Source: Planctomycetota bacterium (GTDB taxonomy: Bacteria > Planctomycetota > Brocadiia > CAIUPP01). Taken from it: a stretch of DNA of 64,000 bases. Under the pieces are notes generated by a model that saw only the letters and a list, made by a program, of their open reading frames with translations, was not told the origin of the DNA and searched no databases. The stretch is taken from positions 25,858 to 89,857 of the forward strand of contig JAKJEM010000006.1 in assembly GCA_022705425.1 (NCBI GenBank), in the 5' to 3' direction. This document shows positions 28,620 through 38,273 of this stretch, in pieces. The position numbers and the translations under genes are program-made. Positions within the stretch are counted from its first letter, which is position 1. Each line of letters starts with the position of its first letter.

Positions 28620-29576
28620 TCACGTGGGACCATCCTCAGCCGGCGGGAGGGGGACGCCGGTCTCCCCCGTCGTTCTCGGGAGGAGGGCGGGGGCGGGGCG
28701 CGTGTTCAGACGGTCGGCGAGCAGACGCAGCCCGAGCAGGAGCCGCGGGCCGGGCCGAAGGAGGAGGTCGGGGGGAATGTCGGTGATGATGCGCCCCTGT
28801 CGCACGGCGGCGACCTTGCTCCATCCGATGCGATTGGCCAACTGCATCGCTGCCTGGCCCGCGGGCGTCATGTAACAGAGGACGACGACTTCAGGGTTCC
28901 ACTCGACAACCTTCTCGGGGTTGACGATGGGATACATCTGGGCGATCTCGCCGGCGACGTTGAAGCCTCCGGCCTTGGCGACAACGTCATGGAGAAAGGA
29001 GGTCCCGCCCGCGGTGGTGAGGGGATCATGCCAGACCTCGATGAAGACGCGCGGGCCTGTTTCGCCGGGATTGCGGCGATAGGAGCCGGCGATCACGGCG
29101 ACTTCGGACTGCAAGCGGGCGGCGAGGGCATCGGCCTCGCCGACGCGTCCGGCGGCTTCGCCCACGGTGCGGACGCTCTCGAAGATCTCGGTGAAGCTGT
29201 TCTGATAGGTCCGGACGAAGGGGACGCCGGCGGCCTTCATGGCCGCGACGAACTCCGGGGTTTCCATGCTGCTGCCGATGACGACGGTAGGCTTGAGGGA
29301 GAGAATCTTCTCGATACTGGGGGCGTTGAAGGTCCCGATGCAGGCGATCTTCTTTGCTTCGGGGGGATAGTCGCAGCAGTCGGTCACGCCGACGAGTTGC
29401 TTCTCGGCCCCGAGGGCGAAGACGAGCTCGGTCACAAAGGGACCGAGGGAGACGATGCGGCGCTGCTCGGGCGGGAGGGGCAGCGCCGTCTTGGGTCGGG
29501 GCGCTTCGCGCTCGCAGGCGGCGAGGAGCGTGGAAAGGGCGAAGAGCGCCCAGAGCATTCGTGCGGACGTCTTCAT
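28620..29576 (-). CDS. Periplasmic cobalamin/siderophore-binding lipoprotein (BtuF-like, class III SBP)
   Basis: Lipoprotein signal LSTLLAAC; RIVSLGPFVTELVFALG...VVIGS class-III binding-protein pattern. Confidence 0.75.
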   Translation of the reverse strand: MKTSARMLWALFALSTLLAACEREAPRPKTALPLPPEQRRIVSLGPFVTELVFALGAEKQLVGVTDCCDYPPEAKKIACIGTFNAPSIEKILSLKPTVVIGSSMETPEFVAAMKAAGVPFVRTYQNSFTEIFESVRTVGEAAGRVGEADALAARLQSEVAVIAGSYRRNPGETGPRVFIEVWHDPLTTAGGTSFLHDVVAKAGGFNVAGEIAQMYPIVNPEKVVEWNPEVVVLCYMTPAGQAAMQLANRIGWSKVAAVRQGRIITDIPPDLLLRPGPRLLLGLRLLADRLNTRPAPALLPRTTGETGVPLPPAEDGPT

Positions 29577-29592
29577 CGTATCAGCTTCCTCC

Positions 29593-30339
29593 TCAGGCGC
29601 GCATTGCCCAGGCGCAGAGCGTCACAGCGGTCAGTGTTTCGCCGATCTCGCAAGAGGCGCCGAGGGTATCGCCCGTGGCGCCGCCGATCCTCCTTCGGCA
29701 CAGGGCGTTGAAGAGAATCGTGCCGGCGACGACGACGCCCATCGCCACGACGCCGGCGCGCCCGCCGAGGACCCAGCCGACGGCGACCATCAGGAGGGTG
29801 GCCACGACGAGCGGGGTCCAGGCGCGTCCGCGATAGAAGACGGCGGCCAGGCCGCCCTCGGGGCGGGCGTAGGGCAGAGCGGCCATCTGGATGACAATGG
29901 CGCAGCGCCCGGCGAGGGGCATCAGGACGGCGGCCTTCCAGAAGCCGGCCAGGGAGAGTGAGGCGAGGGAGGCCGTCTTGAGCATGAGGACGCTGCCGAT
30001 GGCGAGGGCGCCCATGGCGCCGATGCGGCTGTCCTTCATGATCTCGAGAATGCGCTCCCTGGGGCGTGAACTCATGAAGCCGTCGGCGGTATCGGAAAGG
30101 CCGTCCACGTGGAGTCCGCCGGAGAAAAGGGCGAGGAGGATCACCACGGCGGCGGTGGCGGGCCAAGGAGGCAGGAGATGGCTGAGTCCGAAGGCGGCCG
30201 CGCCGGCGACGAGGCCGAGCAGGAGTCCAACGACGGGAAAGAAGGCGCTGCTGCCGGCGAGGTCCTCCTCGGACGTGCCCCACGCGCCGGGCAGAGGGAG
30301 GATGGTGAGGAAGCGCAGGGCGGCGATGAACTCTTTCAT
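29593..30339 (-). CDS. cobS: Adenosylcobinamide-GDP ribazoletransferase (cobalamin synthase)
   Basis: Start MKEFIAALRFLTILPLPG; CobS membrane protein pattern. ATGA overlap with cobT. Confidence 0.85.
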   Translation of the reverse strand: MKEFIAALRFLTILPLPGAWGTSEEDLAGSSAFFPVVGLLLGLVAGAAAFGLSHLLPPWPATAAVVILLALFSGGLHVDGLSDTADGFMSSRPRERILEIMKDSRIGAMGALAIGSVLMLKTASLASLSLAGFWKAAVLMPLAGRCAIVIQMAALPYARPEGGLAAVFYRGRAWTPLVVATLLMVAVGWVLGGRAGVVAMGVVVAGTILFNALCRRRIGGATGDTLGASCEIGETLTAVTLCAWAMRA

Positions 30340-31403
30340 GCGTTGGCCTTGGAGACGGCGGCTTCGTCGAACGTGGCGACGCGCGTCAGGACGGCGGCGG
30401 CGGCTTCGAGCAGGGGCATGGCCAGCGCGGCGCCGGTGCCCTCGCCCAGACGAAGGTCGAGGTCGAGCAGGGGTTTCCTGCCCAGCCGGTCGAGCATGGC
30501 GGCGTGGCCGGGTTCCTTGCTCCGGTGCGACGCAATCATATACTCCCGCGCGGACGGACACAAGGCGGCGGCGATGAGGGCGCCGGCGGTGGAGATGAAG
30601 CCGTCCACCAGGACGGGCTTGCGCGCAGCGGCGGCGCCGAGGATGAGTCCGGCGATGCCGCCGATCTCGAATCCGCCGACCTTGCTCAGGACGTCGAGCC
30701 CGTCTTCGGCGCGGGGCTGGTTGACGCGCAGGGCGCGCGCGATGACGGCGCGCTTGCGGGAGAGCTGCGCGTCGTCAATGCCGGTGCCGCGTCCGGTGAC
30801 GTTTTCGAGCGATTGGCCGGTCATCACGGCGGCGATGGCGGCGCTGGGGGTGGTGTTGCCGATGCCCATGTCGCCGGTGCCGAAGAGGTCGGTTCCGGGG
30901 GCGAGTTCGCGGGCGAGTTCGATACCGGCGAGGAGGGCGCGCAGGGCTTCGTCGCGGGACATGGCGGGCCCGACGGCCATGTTGCGCGTGCCGGGGCCGA
31001 TGCGCCTGCCCACGACGCTTCCGGCGCGAACGAGGTCGGCGAGGTCCTCGGCCACGCCCATGTCCACAACGACGACGCGTGCGCGCGCCACGGCGGCGAG
31101 CGCGTTGATGCCGGCGCCGCCGGCGACGAAATTGCGGACCATCTGAGGGGTAACGGCCTGGGGAAACCTGCTGACGCCTTCGGCGACGACGCCGTGGTCG
31201 GCGGCGAAGGTGACGACGGCGCGCCGCGCGACGGGCGGGTTGAGGGAGCGCGTCATGCCGGCGAGGTCCTCGGCGAGGTCCATGAGGCGTCCGAGCGCCC
31301 AGTGGGGCATGGTGAGTTGATCGAGGCGGGCGCGGGCGCGGGCGCGCCAGGCAGGGTCCTGCGGGGCGATGTCGGCCAGGGTGCGTTCAAGGCGTTCCTT
31401 CAC
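30336..31403 (-). CDS. cobT: Nicotinate-nucleotide--dimethylbenzimidazole phosphoribosyltransferase
   Basis: GDMGIGNTT motif; 355 aa; GTGA overlap with cobU. Confidence 0.9.
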   Translation of the reverse strand: MKERLERTLADIAPQDPAWRARARARLDQLTMPHWALGRLMDLAEDLAGMTRSLNPPVARRAVVTFAADHGVVAEGVSRFPQAVTPQMVRNFVAGGAGINALAAVARARVVVVDMGVAEDLADLVRAGSVVGRRIGPGTRNMAVGPAMSRDEALRALLAGIELARELAPGTDLFGTGDMGIGNTTPSAAIAAVMTGQSLENVTGRGTGIDDAQLSRKRAVIARALRVNQPRAEDGLDVLSKVGGFEIGGIAGLILGAAAARKPVLVDGFISTAGALIAAALCPSAREYMIASHRSKEPGHAAMLDRLGRKPLLDLDLRLGEGTGAALAMPLLEAAAAVLTRVATFDEAAVSKANA

Positions 31404-31951
31404 GGTGTTTCTCGCTTCTTGAGTGTTGTGGGAATGCCGCAGAGGACGAGGACGACCTCATCGGCGGCGTCGGCCAGGACCTGATTGCAGCGCCCGGCCA
31501 GGTCGCGGAAGCGGCGGGCGAGGGCGTTCTCGGGGATGATGCCCCAGCCGACTTCGTTTGTCACGAGGAGCACGGTGCCCGGATGCCGGGCACAGGCTTC
31601 GGCGAGGCGTGTGGCGCAGCGGGCCATCGCGGACTCGTCAAAGCGCCGCTTCTCCCCTTCGGCATGGTACATGAGGTTGTTCACCCACAGGGTAACGCAG
31701 TCCACCAGGACGGCGTTGGCCTTGCGCTCGCGGTCGAGGACCTCTTGGAGATTGACGGTCTCTTCCACGGTCGTCCAGCCGCGCCCGGCGCGCTCCTCGC
31801 GGTGTCGGCGGATTCGCTCGACCATTTCCGCGTCGAGATCGGGGCAGGTGGCCACGAAGAGACGGGGGCCGGGCAGTCCCTCGGCGCGGTTTTGCGCGTA
31901 GCCGCTCTTGCCGCTGCGGCTGCCGCCGGTGACCAGGATCGTCCGTGCCAT
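31400..31951 (-). CDS. cobU: Bifunctional adenosylcobinamide kinase / adenosylcobinamide-phosphate guanylyltransferase
   Basis: P-loop LVTGGSRSGKS; 183 aa. Confidence 0.85.
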   Translation of the reverse strand: MARTILVTGGSRSGKSGYAQNRAEGLPGPRLFVATCPDLDAEMVERIRRHREERAGRGWTTVEETVNLQEVLDRERKANAVLVDCVTLWVNNLMYHAEGEKRRFDESAMARCATRLAEACARHPGTVLLVTNEVGWGIIPENALARRFRDLAGRCNQVLADAADEVVLVLCGIPTTLKKRETP

Positions 31952-31981
31952 GCTTTCTCCTTGCGTTGGGGAGCGGGGCCA

Positions 31982-32584
31982 TCAGGGATTCACGGGGACC
32001 AGTTCTGCGAGGACACCCAGGCCGTCGGCGGTCTTGACGGCGCACAAGGTCCCCGGCGCGACGGCGAAGGCAAGGGCGTGGCGCGGTTCGAGGCCGAGGA
32101 GGCGGCAGAGCATGGCGCGCACGACGCCGCCGTGGGTGACGACGAGGGTGGTCCCGCGCTCGGAGGCGACGCGAGCGGTGAATCGTTCGACGCGGCGCTG
32201 GAAGTCCGCCAAGGCCTCGCCGCCGGGAAAGGCGAAATCGGGGGCCAGGCGCGCCCAGTCCTCGACGCGGGCGGGGTCGCTCTGGGAGATCTCCATGAAG
32301 CTCTTCCCCTCCCAGAGGCCGAAGTCCACCTCGCGCACGTCGTCGGCGATGACGGGCGGCGCATCGAGCACGGAGGAGATCGCGGCAGCGGACTGGCGCG
32401 CGCGGAGTCTGGGGCTGCAATAGCAGCGCGCGATGGGCGCCCAGCGGCGCAGGCGGGGCGCCACGGCGGCGAGTTGCGCGACGCCTTCCTCCGAAAGGGC
32501 GAGGTCGGTGCTGCCGACGTAGCGTCCCTCCCATTTCCAGCCGACGCAACCGTGGCGCAGAAGGAGCAACGTGCTGTCGGACAT
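31982..32584 (-). CDS. cobC: Alpha-ribazole phosphatase (histidine phosphatase family)
   Basis: LLLLRHG catalytic His motif, VVTHGG; 200 aa. Confidence 0.75.
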   Translation of the reverse strand: MSDSTLLLLRHGCVGWKWEGRYVGSTDLALSEEGVAQLAAVAPRLRRWAPIARCYCSPRLRARQSAAAISSVLDAPPVIADDVREVDFGLWEGKSFMEISQSDPARVEDWARLAPDFAFPGGEALADFQRRVERFTARVASERGTTLVVTHGGVVRAMLCRLLGLEPRHALAFAVAPGTLCAVKTADGLGVLAELVPVNP

Positions 32585-32605
32585 GACGACCTCCGGTCTT
32601 CCCCC

Positions 32606-32866
32606 CTACTTCGGCGGGGCGGCCGCCCCCGGCGGAGGAATGCGCGCCTTGCACTTGGGGCAGGCCGCCACCGGGCTGCCGGGGGCCGCTCGAACGAGTT
32701 CCTCCGGGCGAAGCCTGGCTCCGCAACCGGGACAGACGACCTGGGCGACCGCCTTGAGCGACGGGGGCGGGGCTTGAACGAGTCTGGGGGGCGGCTCCTT
32801 CTTGGAGCAGCCGGGCAGGAGCGCGACGGCGACGCCGACGGCGAGCAACGCCGGGATGGGTTTCAT
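32606..32866 (-). CDS. Small zinc-ribbon lipoprotein (CPGC...CPKC)
   Basis: Lipobox LLPGC, two CxxC pairs, Pro-rich tail. Embedded in the riboswitch-controlled operon. Confidence 0.55.
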   Translation of the reverse strand: MKPIPALLAVGVAVALLPGCSKKEPPPRLVQAPPPSLKAVAQVVCPGCGARLRPEELVRAAPGSPVAACPKCKARIPPPGAAAPPK

Positions 32867-32911
32867 GGCACGGTTCCTTCAGGAGATGGGTTGGCCGAAA
32901 GGCGGCGCAGT

Positions 32912-33955
32912 CTATCGGTAATCGAACAACGAGTTGTTGTCCGGTCCGAACCAACCCACGCCCAGTGCGGCGCGCTCGCCGGCAGTGATGTCCGGCTGTC
33001 CGGTCCAGTAATCGTAGGTATCGGTGGTCCAGTCCATGCGGCGCGAGGAGACGCTCTGATCGAGCCAGAGGACGTTGGCCGCGCCGTCATGGCGGAAGTG
33101 AATGGTGGGCGAGGCGAAGCCCCAGCTCGTTTCTTCCTTGCCCATGCCGTCGGGGCTGGCGCTGATGAAGCGCGGCGGCTGGACGTTGGACTGCTCGATG
33201 ACGTAGAGCTTTCCGTTGACCTTCTTGACCATTCCGGCGTCGCTGAAGAGAACGGTTTCGTGGGGGGACTTGAACTTGGCGGACTGGGCGGGGGTTTCGT
33301 ACGGCGCGGCGGTCAGGAAGACGTAATTCCAGCTTGCGTCGTAGCCCCAGGCGTCCCAACGGGATTCGCTTCCACCGCAGTAGGTGGTGTTGTATCCATA
33401 GCCTCCCGCGCCCGCCTCGAAGGCCTCGATGCCGGCGCCGGAGGTCTTTTCGTAGAGGCCGCGGAAGGTGGGGCACATTTTGACCGCCTGCATCTTGAGG
33501 ATGGTGTTGGCGTCCGGGGGCGCGTAGGCGTCAATTTCGGCCTGGGTGGAGGGGAAACGCAGGGGTTCGATCCCGAGGTAGGAGGCCAGGTAGCCGAAGC
33601 GCGGGTCGAAGGCGTCGTCGGTGGTCTTGCGCCAGCCGTGCCAGCGCCAGTAGCCGGCCGACCAGGCGCTTCCCGGCGGGGTGACGTGCATGTCGGCATT
33701 GCCGGGCATGTAGTACTGGCCGTAGTCGCTGAGATACATTTCCATGGCCGTGCCGAGTTGATGGAGGTTGTTCTTGCAGCTCGTTTGCCGTCCCTTCTCG
33801 CGAGCCGACGCCAGCGCGGGGAGAAGCATCCCCGCGAGCACGGCGATGATCGCGATGACGACGAGGAGTTCGATCAGCGTGAACCCCGCCGGTCCGAATG
33901 CCACCGCCCCGTCCCACAACGCCTTCAAGCGACGACCCAACCCACGCGCGCGCAT
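32912..33955 (-). CDS. DUF1559 protein with type IV pilin-like N-terminal cleavage/methylation domain
   Basis: [63 protein letters not shown] 5 nt upstream. First gene downstream of the B12 riboswitch. Confidence 0.85.
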   Translation of the reverse strand: MRARGLGRRLKALWDGAVAFGPAGFTLIELLVVIAIIAVLAGMLLPALASAREKGRQTSCKNNLHQLGTAMEMYLSDYGQYYMPGNADMHVTPPGSAWSAGYWRWHGWRKTTDDAFDPRFGYLASYLGIEPLRFPSTQAEIDAYAPPDANTILKMQAVKMCPTFRGLYEKTSGAGIEAFEAGAGGYGYNTTYCGGSESRWDAWGYDASWNYVFLTAAPYETPAQSAKFKSPHETVLFSDAGMVKKVNGKLYVIEQSNVQPPRFISASPDGMGKEETSWGFASPTIHFRHDGAANVLWLDQSVSSRRMDWTTDTYDYWTGQPDITAGERAALGVGWFGPDNNSLFDYR

Positions 33956-34104
33956 GACGACCTCCTCTCTGCCGGCGGGCTTTTCTCCGAAGCCCGCAAC
34001 ATGCTCGACGCTTCCGAACGGAGAGGAGGGCTGTGGGAAGCCGCGCGGAGTCAGGCCGACCGCCCCGGTCGTCCGACATCCGCCGCCGCGGAAAGCGGCG
34101 CGGT

Positions 34105-34300
34105 CTTCACCGGCCCTGACCTCGAAGCCGTTCTGAAGCGCGCACAGGCAGGTCTTCTGGCTCTCGGATCATCCTACCGGCCGCGCCTTCCCGTTCCACA
34201 CGATGGAACAGTGGCCACGCGGCGTTCGTCCCCGATCACAGCGGCGGGACCGCGACGGATTCGCACCGTCTTCCCTTTTCAGCCCGTACGTCGGGCCACC
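34105..34300 (-). promoter_or_regulatory. Cobalamin (AdoCbl) riboswitch with SD-sequestering expression platform
   Basis: The minus strand reads GGTGGCCCGACG...AAAGGGAAGACGGTGCGAATCCGTC...CCGCTGTGA...AGCCAGAAGACCTGCCTG (B12 box). Downstream, CCCTCCTCTC (34030-34021) is complementary to the RBS GAGAGGAGG (33969-33961). Confidence 0.85.
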
Positions 34301-34314
34301 TGTGAACATAGTTT

Positions 34315-34344
34315 TATTATCGCACCGGACGCGGCAGGAGTCAA
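34315..34344 (-). promoter_or_regulatory. sigma70-like promoter TTGACT-N18-ATAATA driving the riboswitch/B12 operon
   Basis: Reverse complement: cacTTGACTcctgccgcgtccggtgcgATAATAaaac. The predicted TSS lies just 5' of the aptamer. Confidence 0.45.
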
Positions 34345-34413
34345 GTGACGCCGACAGGAAGGGCGATTGCGCCCCCCGGCGGAGGGGAGTATACTGCCGA
34401 CAACGCGCGGACG

Positions 34414-35496
34414 ATGCCGCGCCCTCTTGTGTCGGGAGCCGCCGTGTTCGGAAAGCTCGACCGTTACATCATTCGCGGGTACCTGGGTCCCTTCTTCGTG
34501 GCCACGGGGGTGATCGTGGGCCTCTATGTCGTGGCAGAGGCCTTCTCGAATCTGGACATCTATCTGCGGGAGGCGCCGGGGTTCTTCGCGGCGCTGGGGC
34601 GGATGGGGCAGGTGTACGTCCTGCGGCTTCCGGCGTTGCTGGTGCCGGTGCTGCCGATCGGGATTCTGGTGGGGGCTTCATACGGCATTGCGCAGTTGAG
34701 CGCGAACAACGAACTGACGGCGATGAAGGCGAGCGGGTTGAGCTTCTGGCGCATTCTGACGCCCGTGTACGCCGTGTCCGTGGTGATCGCATTCGCAGGG
34801 ATGGCGAACCGCGAGTTTCTGGTCCCCGCCGCCGAGCGTCTGGCCGCCCCGGCGATGCAGCGCTGGACGGGGAAGCAGGAGAGGAACGAGCGGGTGGTGA
34901 TGTACTTCGATCGGGAGGAGACGCTCTTCACCATTGAGTACAACGTGGCGCGCGAGCAGGTGATGACGATGACGATCACGCGCAAGTTGGGAGACGGGCA
35001 GTCGGTGAACCTGATGGCGCGCGAGGCGCAGTACGTGGGGGGCGGCTGGGTGCTGCGCGGGGTGCAGTCGCAGGGCAAGGCGCTCGAGGACCAGTTCTGG
35101 CCGACGGCGCTGCGCCCGCGCGACATCGAGATGGAGCTTCTGCCGGCGGACGTTCAGCCTCTGAAGGTCATCAACCGCCTGTTGCGAAAGGCCGGATCGG
35201 GCGCCGAACGGCAGAGCCTGCTGGTGCGCTACTATGCGCACCTGGCCTATCCGCTGGCGGGGATCATCCTGGTGGGGATCGGCGTGCCCTTTGTGGTGTC
35301 GAACGAGCGCATCCAGCGCAGCCGGATGATCGGCATGGGGGTGTGCATCATCATCTGCATGGTCTTCTATACGTTGCAGTTCATCTGCACGGACCTGGGC
35401 GAGAGCGGGATTCTGCCGGCGGGGCTTTCGGCCTTTCTACCGATCGGGATTTTTGCGGGTGTCGGGCTGTACCTGCTGGAGAATGTTCATACCTGA
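34414..35496 (+). CDS. LptF/LptG family (YjgP/YjgQ) LPS export permease
   Basis: LDRYIIRGYLGPFFVATGV motif and TM pattern. Start is ATG 34414 or GTG 34444. Confidence 0.7.
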   Translation: MPRPLVSGAAVFGKLDRYIIRGYLGPFFVATGVIVGLYVVAEAFSNLDIYLREAPGFFAALGRMGQVYVLRLPALLVPVLPIGILVGASYGIAQLSANNELTAMKASGLSFWRILTPVYAVSVVIAFAGMANREFLVPAAERLAAPAMQRWTGKQERNERVVMYFDREETLFTIEYNVAREQVMTMTITRKLGDGQSVNLMAREAQYVGGGWVLRGVQSQGKALEDQFWPTALRPRDIEMELLPADVQPLKVINRLLRKAGSGAERQSLLVRYYAHLAYPLAGIILVGIGVPFVVSNERIQRSRMIGMGVCIIICMVFYTLQFICTDLGESGILPAGLSAFLPIGIFAGVGLYLLENVHT

Positions 35497-35523
35497 GTCG
35501 CTGTGTTCCGGGGAGGGTGTCCG

Positions 35524-35958
35524 ATGGCGGTTCTTCGCGTGTTGTGGGCGTGCGCGGCGGTGGCGCTTGTGGCGGCGGGTTGCTCGCAGACGCGCGAGGT
35601 GGTCGGCCCGGAGGCCCAGTACGGCAGGCCGATCGAGGTGATTACGAAGAGCCTGGGACAGGACGAGGTGTGGTTCACCTTCGAAGGTTCGCGGGGCATC
35701 TACGCCTTCGACCTTGCGCCGCTGCCGGCGACGGTGACGCGCGCGATTTTCGTGCTGAAGGGACAGCGGGCGCTGGAGTCGCTGACGATCACTCCCGAGG
35801 GGGGCCGCGCCACGCCGCTGCACGAGCCGGCCAAGCCGGACGCGGCGGGCGTGACGGTGAAGCGCCAGGGAGAGGACTTCGTCGTCGCGTTCGAGGGCGA
35901 AGCGCTGGGGTTGCTCCGGCGCGGCGGGCGCATCCAGGTAATAGACTACTGGCGGTGA
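35524..35958 (+). CDS. Lipoprotein, hypothetical
   Basis: MAVLRVLWACAAVALVAAGCS lipobox; RBS GGGGAGGG. Confidence 0.5.
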   Translation: MAVLRVLWACAAVALVAAGCSQTREVVGPEAQYGRPIEVITKSLGQDEVWFTFEGSRGIYAFDLAPLPATVTRAIFVLKGQRALESLTITPEGGRATPLHEPAKPDAAGVTVKRQGEDFVVAFEGEALGLLRRGGRIQVIDYWR

Positions 35959-36008
35959 GGGACGCGCCGGAGCGATCGGAAGCCCCCCTTTTGTGCGGAG
36001 GCCCTTTC

Positions 36009-36038
36009 TTGACTCCCTCTCGGAGGCGCTGATAGAAT
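36009..36038 (+). promoter_or_regulatory. Candidate promoter TTGACT-N18-TAGAAT upstream of trpE
   Basis: Sequence motif only. Confidence 0.35.
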
Positions 36039-36084
36039 CCGTTCGTTCACGTCTCCTTCCTCCTTGATACCAGGACAACGTCCC

Positions 36085-37578
36085 ATGGCTTCGCCGCGTT
36101 ACGAGCCGGAGTTCGGTCGCTTTGCCGAACTGGCCGCGCAGGGCAACGTGATCCCCGTCTGCCGCACCCTTCTGGCCGATACGCTGACACCGGTGAGCGC
36201 GTATCAGAAGCTGGCGCAGGGGCGGCACTCCTTCCTTCTGGAAAGCGCGACGGGAGGGGAGAAGCTGGCGCGTTACAGTTTCCTGGGGACGGACCCCTTC
36301 ATGACCTTCCGGGCGCGCGAGGATTCGGTCGAGGTCCGGCGGGAGGGCCATTCGGACCTGCGGGTGTGCGATGATCCGATCGAGGAGTTGCGGCGGTTGC
36401 TGGAGCGTTTCCGGGTGGTGCGCCTGCCGGGGCTGCCGCGCTTCTGCGGCGGAGCGGTGGGGTACGCGGCGTATGACGCCGTGCGCTACATTGAGCGGCT
36501 GCCGACGCCTCCCCCGGACGAACTGGGCGCGCCCGACCTGTTCTTTGCCTTCTACGATCTGATGGTGGTGTTCGACCACCTGAACAAGACGATCCTGGTG
36601 ATCTGCTGCGCGCAACTGGAGGGGAAGACGCCGCGCAGCGCGTACGACAAGGCGCGGCGGCGGATAGACGAGGCGGTGGACCGTCTGCGCACGCCGGTGA
36701 CGGCGCTGAGCGACGACATCACCCCGCGGGGGCAGATCACGCTGCCGTACACCAGCAACTTCGACAAGGCGGCCTTCTGCAAGGCGGTCGAGCGGTGCAA
36801 GGAATACATTCTGGCGGGGGACATCTTCCAGGTGGTCCTGAGCCAGCGTCTGGCGGCGAAGACACGGGCGAAGCCGTTCAACGTGTATCGGGCGCTGCGC
36901 GTCATCAACCCCTCCCCCTACATGTTCTATCTGCACATGGACGAACTGACGCTGGTGGGGTCGTCGCCGGAGATCATGGTGAAGGTCGAGGCGGGCAAGG
37001 TGACGGTGCGTCCGATCGCGGGGACGCGCCGCCGCGGGGCGACGGAGGAGGAGGACGCGGCGCTGGCGGCTGAGTTGCAGGCGGACCCGAAGGAGCGGGC
37101 AGAGCACATCATGCTGCTGGACCTGGGGCGGAATGACGTGGGGCGCATTTCGCGATACGGGACGGTGACGATCTCGGAGGAGATGATCATCGAGCGTTTC
37201 AGCCACGTGATGCACATGACCTCGACGGTCACGGGGATGCTGGACGCCGGGCGGACGTGCTTCGACGCCTTCCGGGGCTGTTTCCCGGCCGGAACGGTGT
37301 CGGGCGCGCCGAAGATCCGGGCGATGGAGATTCTGGACGAGGTGGAGCCGGTGAAGCGCGGGCCTTACGCCGGGGCGGTGGGCTACGTGGATTTCGGCGG
37401 GAACCTGGACACGTGCATTGCCATCCGGACGATTGTGATGAAGGGAGACGTGGCGGTCTGTCAGGCCGGGGCGGGAATCGTGGCTGATTCGATGCCGGAA
37501 GCGGAGTATGAGGAGACGCTGAACAAGGCCCGGGCGCTCTTCCGCGCCATCCAGGTGGCAGAGGAATCCTTTGCATGA
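36085..37578 (+). CDS. trpE: Anthranilate synthase component I
   Basis: LLESATGGEKLARYSFLG, chorismate-binding C-terminus (GTVSGAPKIRAMEIL...GAVGY). Confidence 0.9.
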   Translation: MASPRYEPEFGRFAELAAQGNVIPVCRTLLADTLTPVSAYQKLAQGRHSFLLESATGGEKLARYSFLGTDPFMTFRAREDSVEVRREGHSDLRVCDDPIEELRRLLERFRVVRLPGLPRFCGGAVGYAAYDAVRYIERLPTPPPDELGAPDLFFAFYDLMVVFDHLNKTILVICCAQLEGKTPRSAYDKARRRIDEAVDRLRTPVTALSDDITPRGQITLPYTSNFDKAAFCKAVERCKEYILAGDIFQVVLSQRLAAKTRAKPFNVYRALRVINPSPYMFYLHMDELTLVGSSPEIMVKVEAGKVTVRPIAGTRRRGATEEEDAALAAELQADPKERAEHIMLLDLGRNDVGRISRYGTVTISEEMIIERFSHVMHMTSTVTGMLDAGRTCFDAFRGCFPAGTVSGAPKIRAMEILDEVEPVKRGPYAGAVGYVDFGGNLDTCIAIRTIVMKGDVAVCQAGAGIVADSMPEAEYEETLNKARALFRAIQVAEESFA

Positions 37579-38273
37579 ACGTGCTGGCGATCGAGAGCAG
37601 CGGGGCAATCGGGTCGGTGGCGGCGTGCCGTGAGGAGACGGTGCTGGCGGAGGCGCGGCTTGAGCGCGGGGCGGAGCACGGGCGCGGGTTGGTGGCGTTG
37701 GTGGACGAGGTGACGCGCCGGGCGGGTTGGGAGCGCGGGATGGGAGCGGACCTGATTGCGGTGAGCCAGGGGCCGGGGTCGTTCACGGGGTTGCGGGTGG
37801 GCCTGGTGTGCGCCAAGACGATAGCGGCGCTGCTGGCGAAGCCGATTGTGGGGGTGTGCAGTCTGGACGCCATGGCCGAGAACGCGCCGTCAGAGGCGGT
37901 CTCGGTAGCCACGGCGCTGGACGCCAAGCGGGGACAGGTGTACTACGCGCAGTACGAGCGCGACGGAGGACGGCTGCGCCGGAGAAGCGGACCGCTCTTG
38001 GGCGCGCCGGAGGCCGTGACGGCGGGGCTGACGCCGCCGGTGCGCATCCTGGGCGATGCGCTGCGGCAGTATGCGAGCGTGTGGAGTGCCGGGGGGGCGG
38101 TAGCGCTTCCGGAGGAGTTGTGGCGCATCGGCGCTTCGACGGTGGCCCGGTTGGGGCTGGCGGCCTTTCGGGCGGGGCGGAGCGATGAGCCCTTCGGGCT
38201 GCAACCGTTGTACGTGCGGTTGCCCGAGGCGGAGGAGCGTCGCCTGGCCCGGGTGGAAGGGACAAGACCGTGA
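37575..38273 (+). CDS. tsaB: tRNA threonylcarbamoyladenosine biosynthesis protein TsaB (YeaZ)
   Basis: MNVLAIESSGAIGSVAA...GPGSFTGLRVG. Confidence 0.8.
   Translation: MNVLAIESSGAIGSVAACREETVLAEARLERGAEHGRGLVALVDEVTRRAGWERGMGADLIAVSQGPGSFTGLRVGLVCAKTIAALLAKPIVGVCSLDAMAENAPSEAVSVATALDAKRGQVYYAQYERDGGRLRRRSGPLLGAPEAVTAGLTPPVRILGDALRQYASVWSAGGAVALPEELWRIGASTVARLGLAAFRAGRSDEPFGLQPLYVRLPEAEERRLARVEGTRP

Noticed and set aside
31583-34348. 921-aa plus-strand ORF covering cobC/cobU, the lipoprotein, DUF1559 and riboswitch loci
   Set aside because: Gly/Ala/Arg-rich. It is antisense to motif-bearing cob genes and to a riboswitch whose conserved elements read on the minus strand.
35959-36084. Trp-leader attenuator upstream of trpE
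   Set aside because: No tandem Trp codons and no leader-peptide ORF. Only a promoter-like TTGACT-N18-TAGAAT was found.
35437-37608. 723-aa minus-strand ORF antisense to trpE
   Set aside because: trpE is certain. The antisense ORF is Arg/Pro/His-rich.
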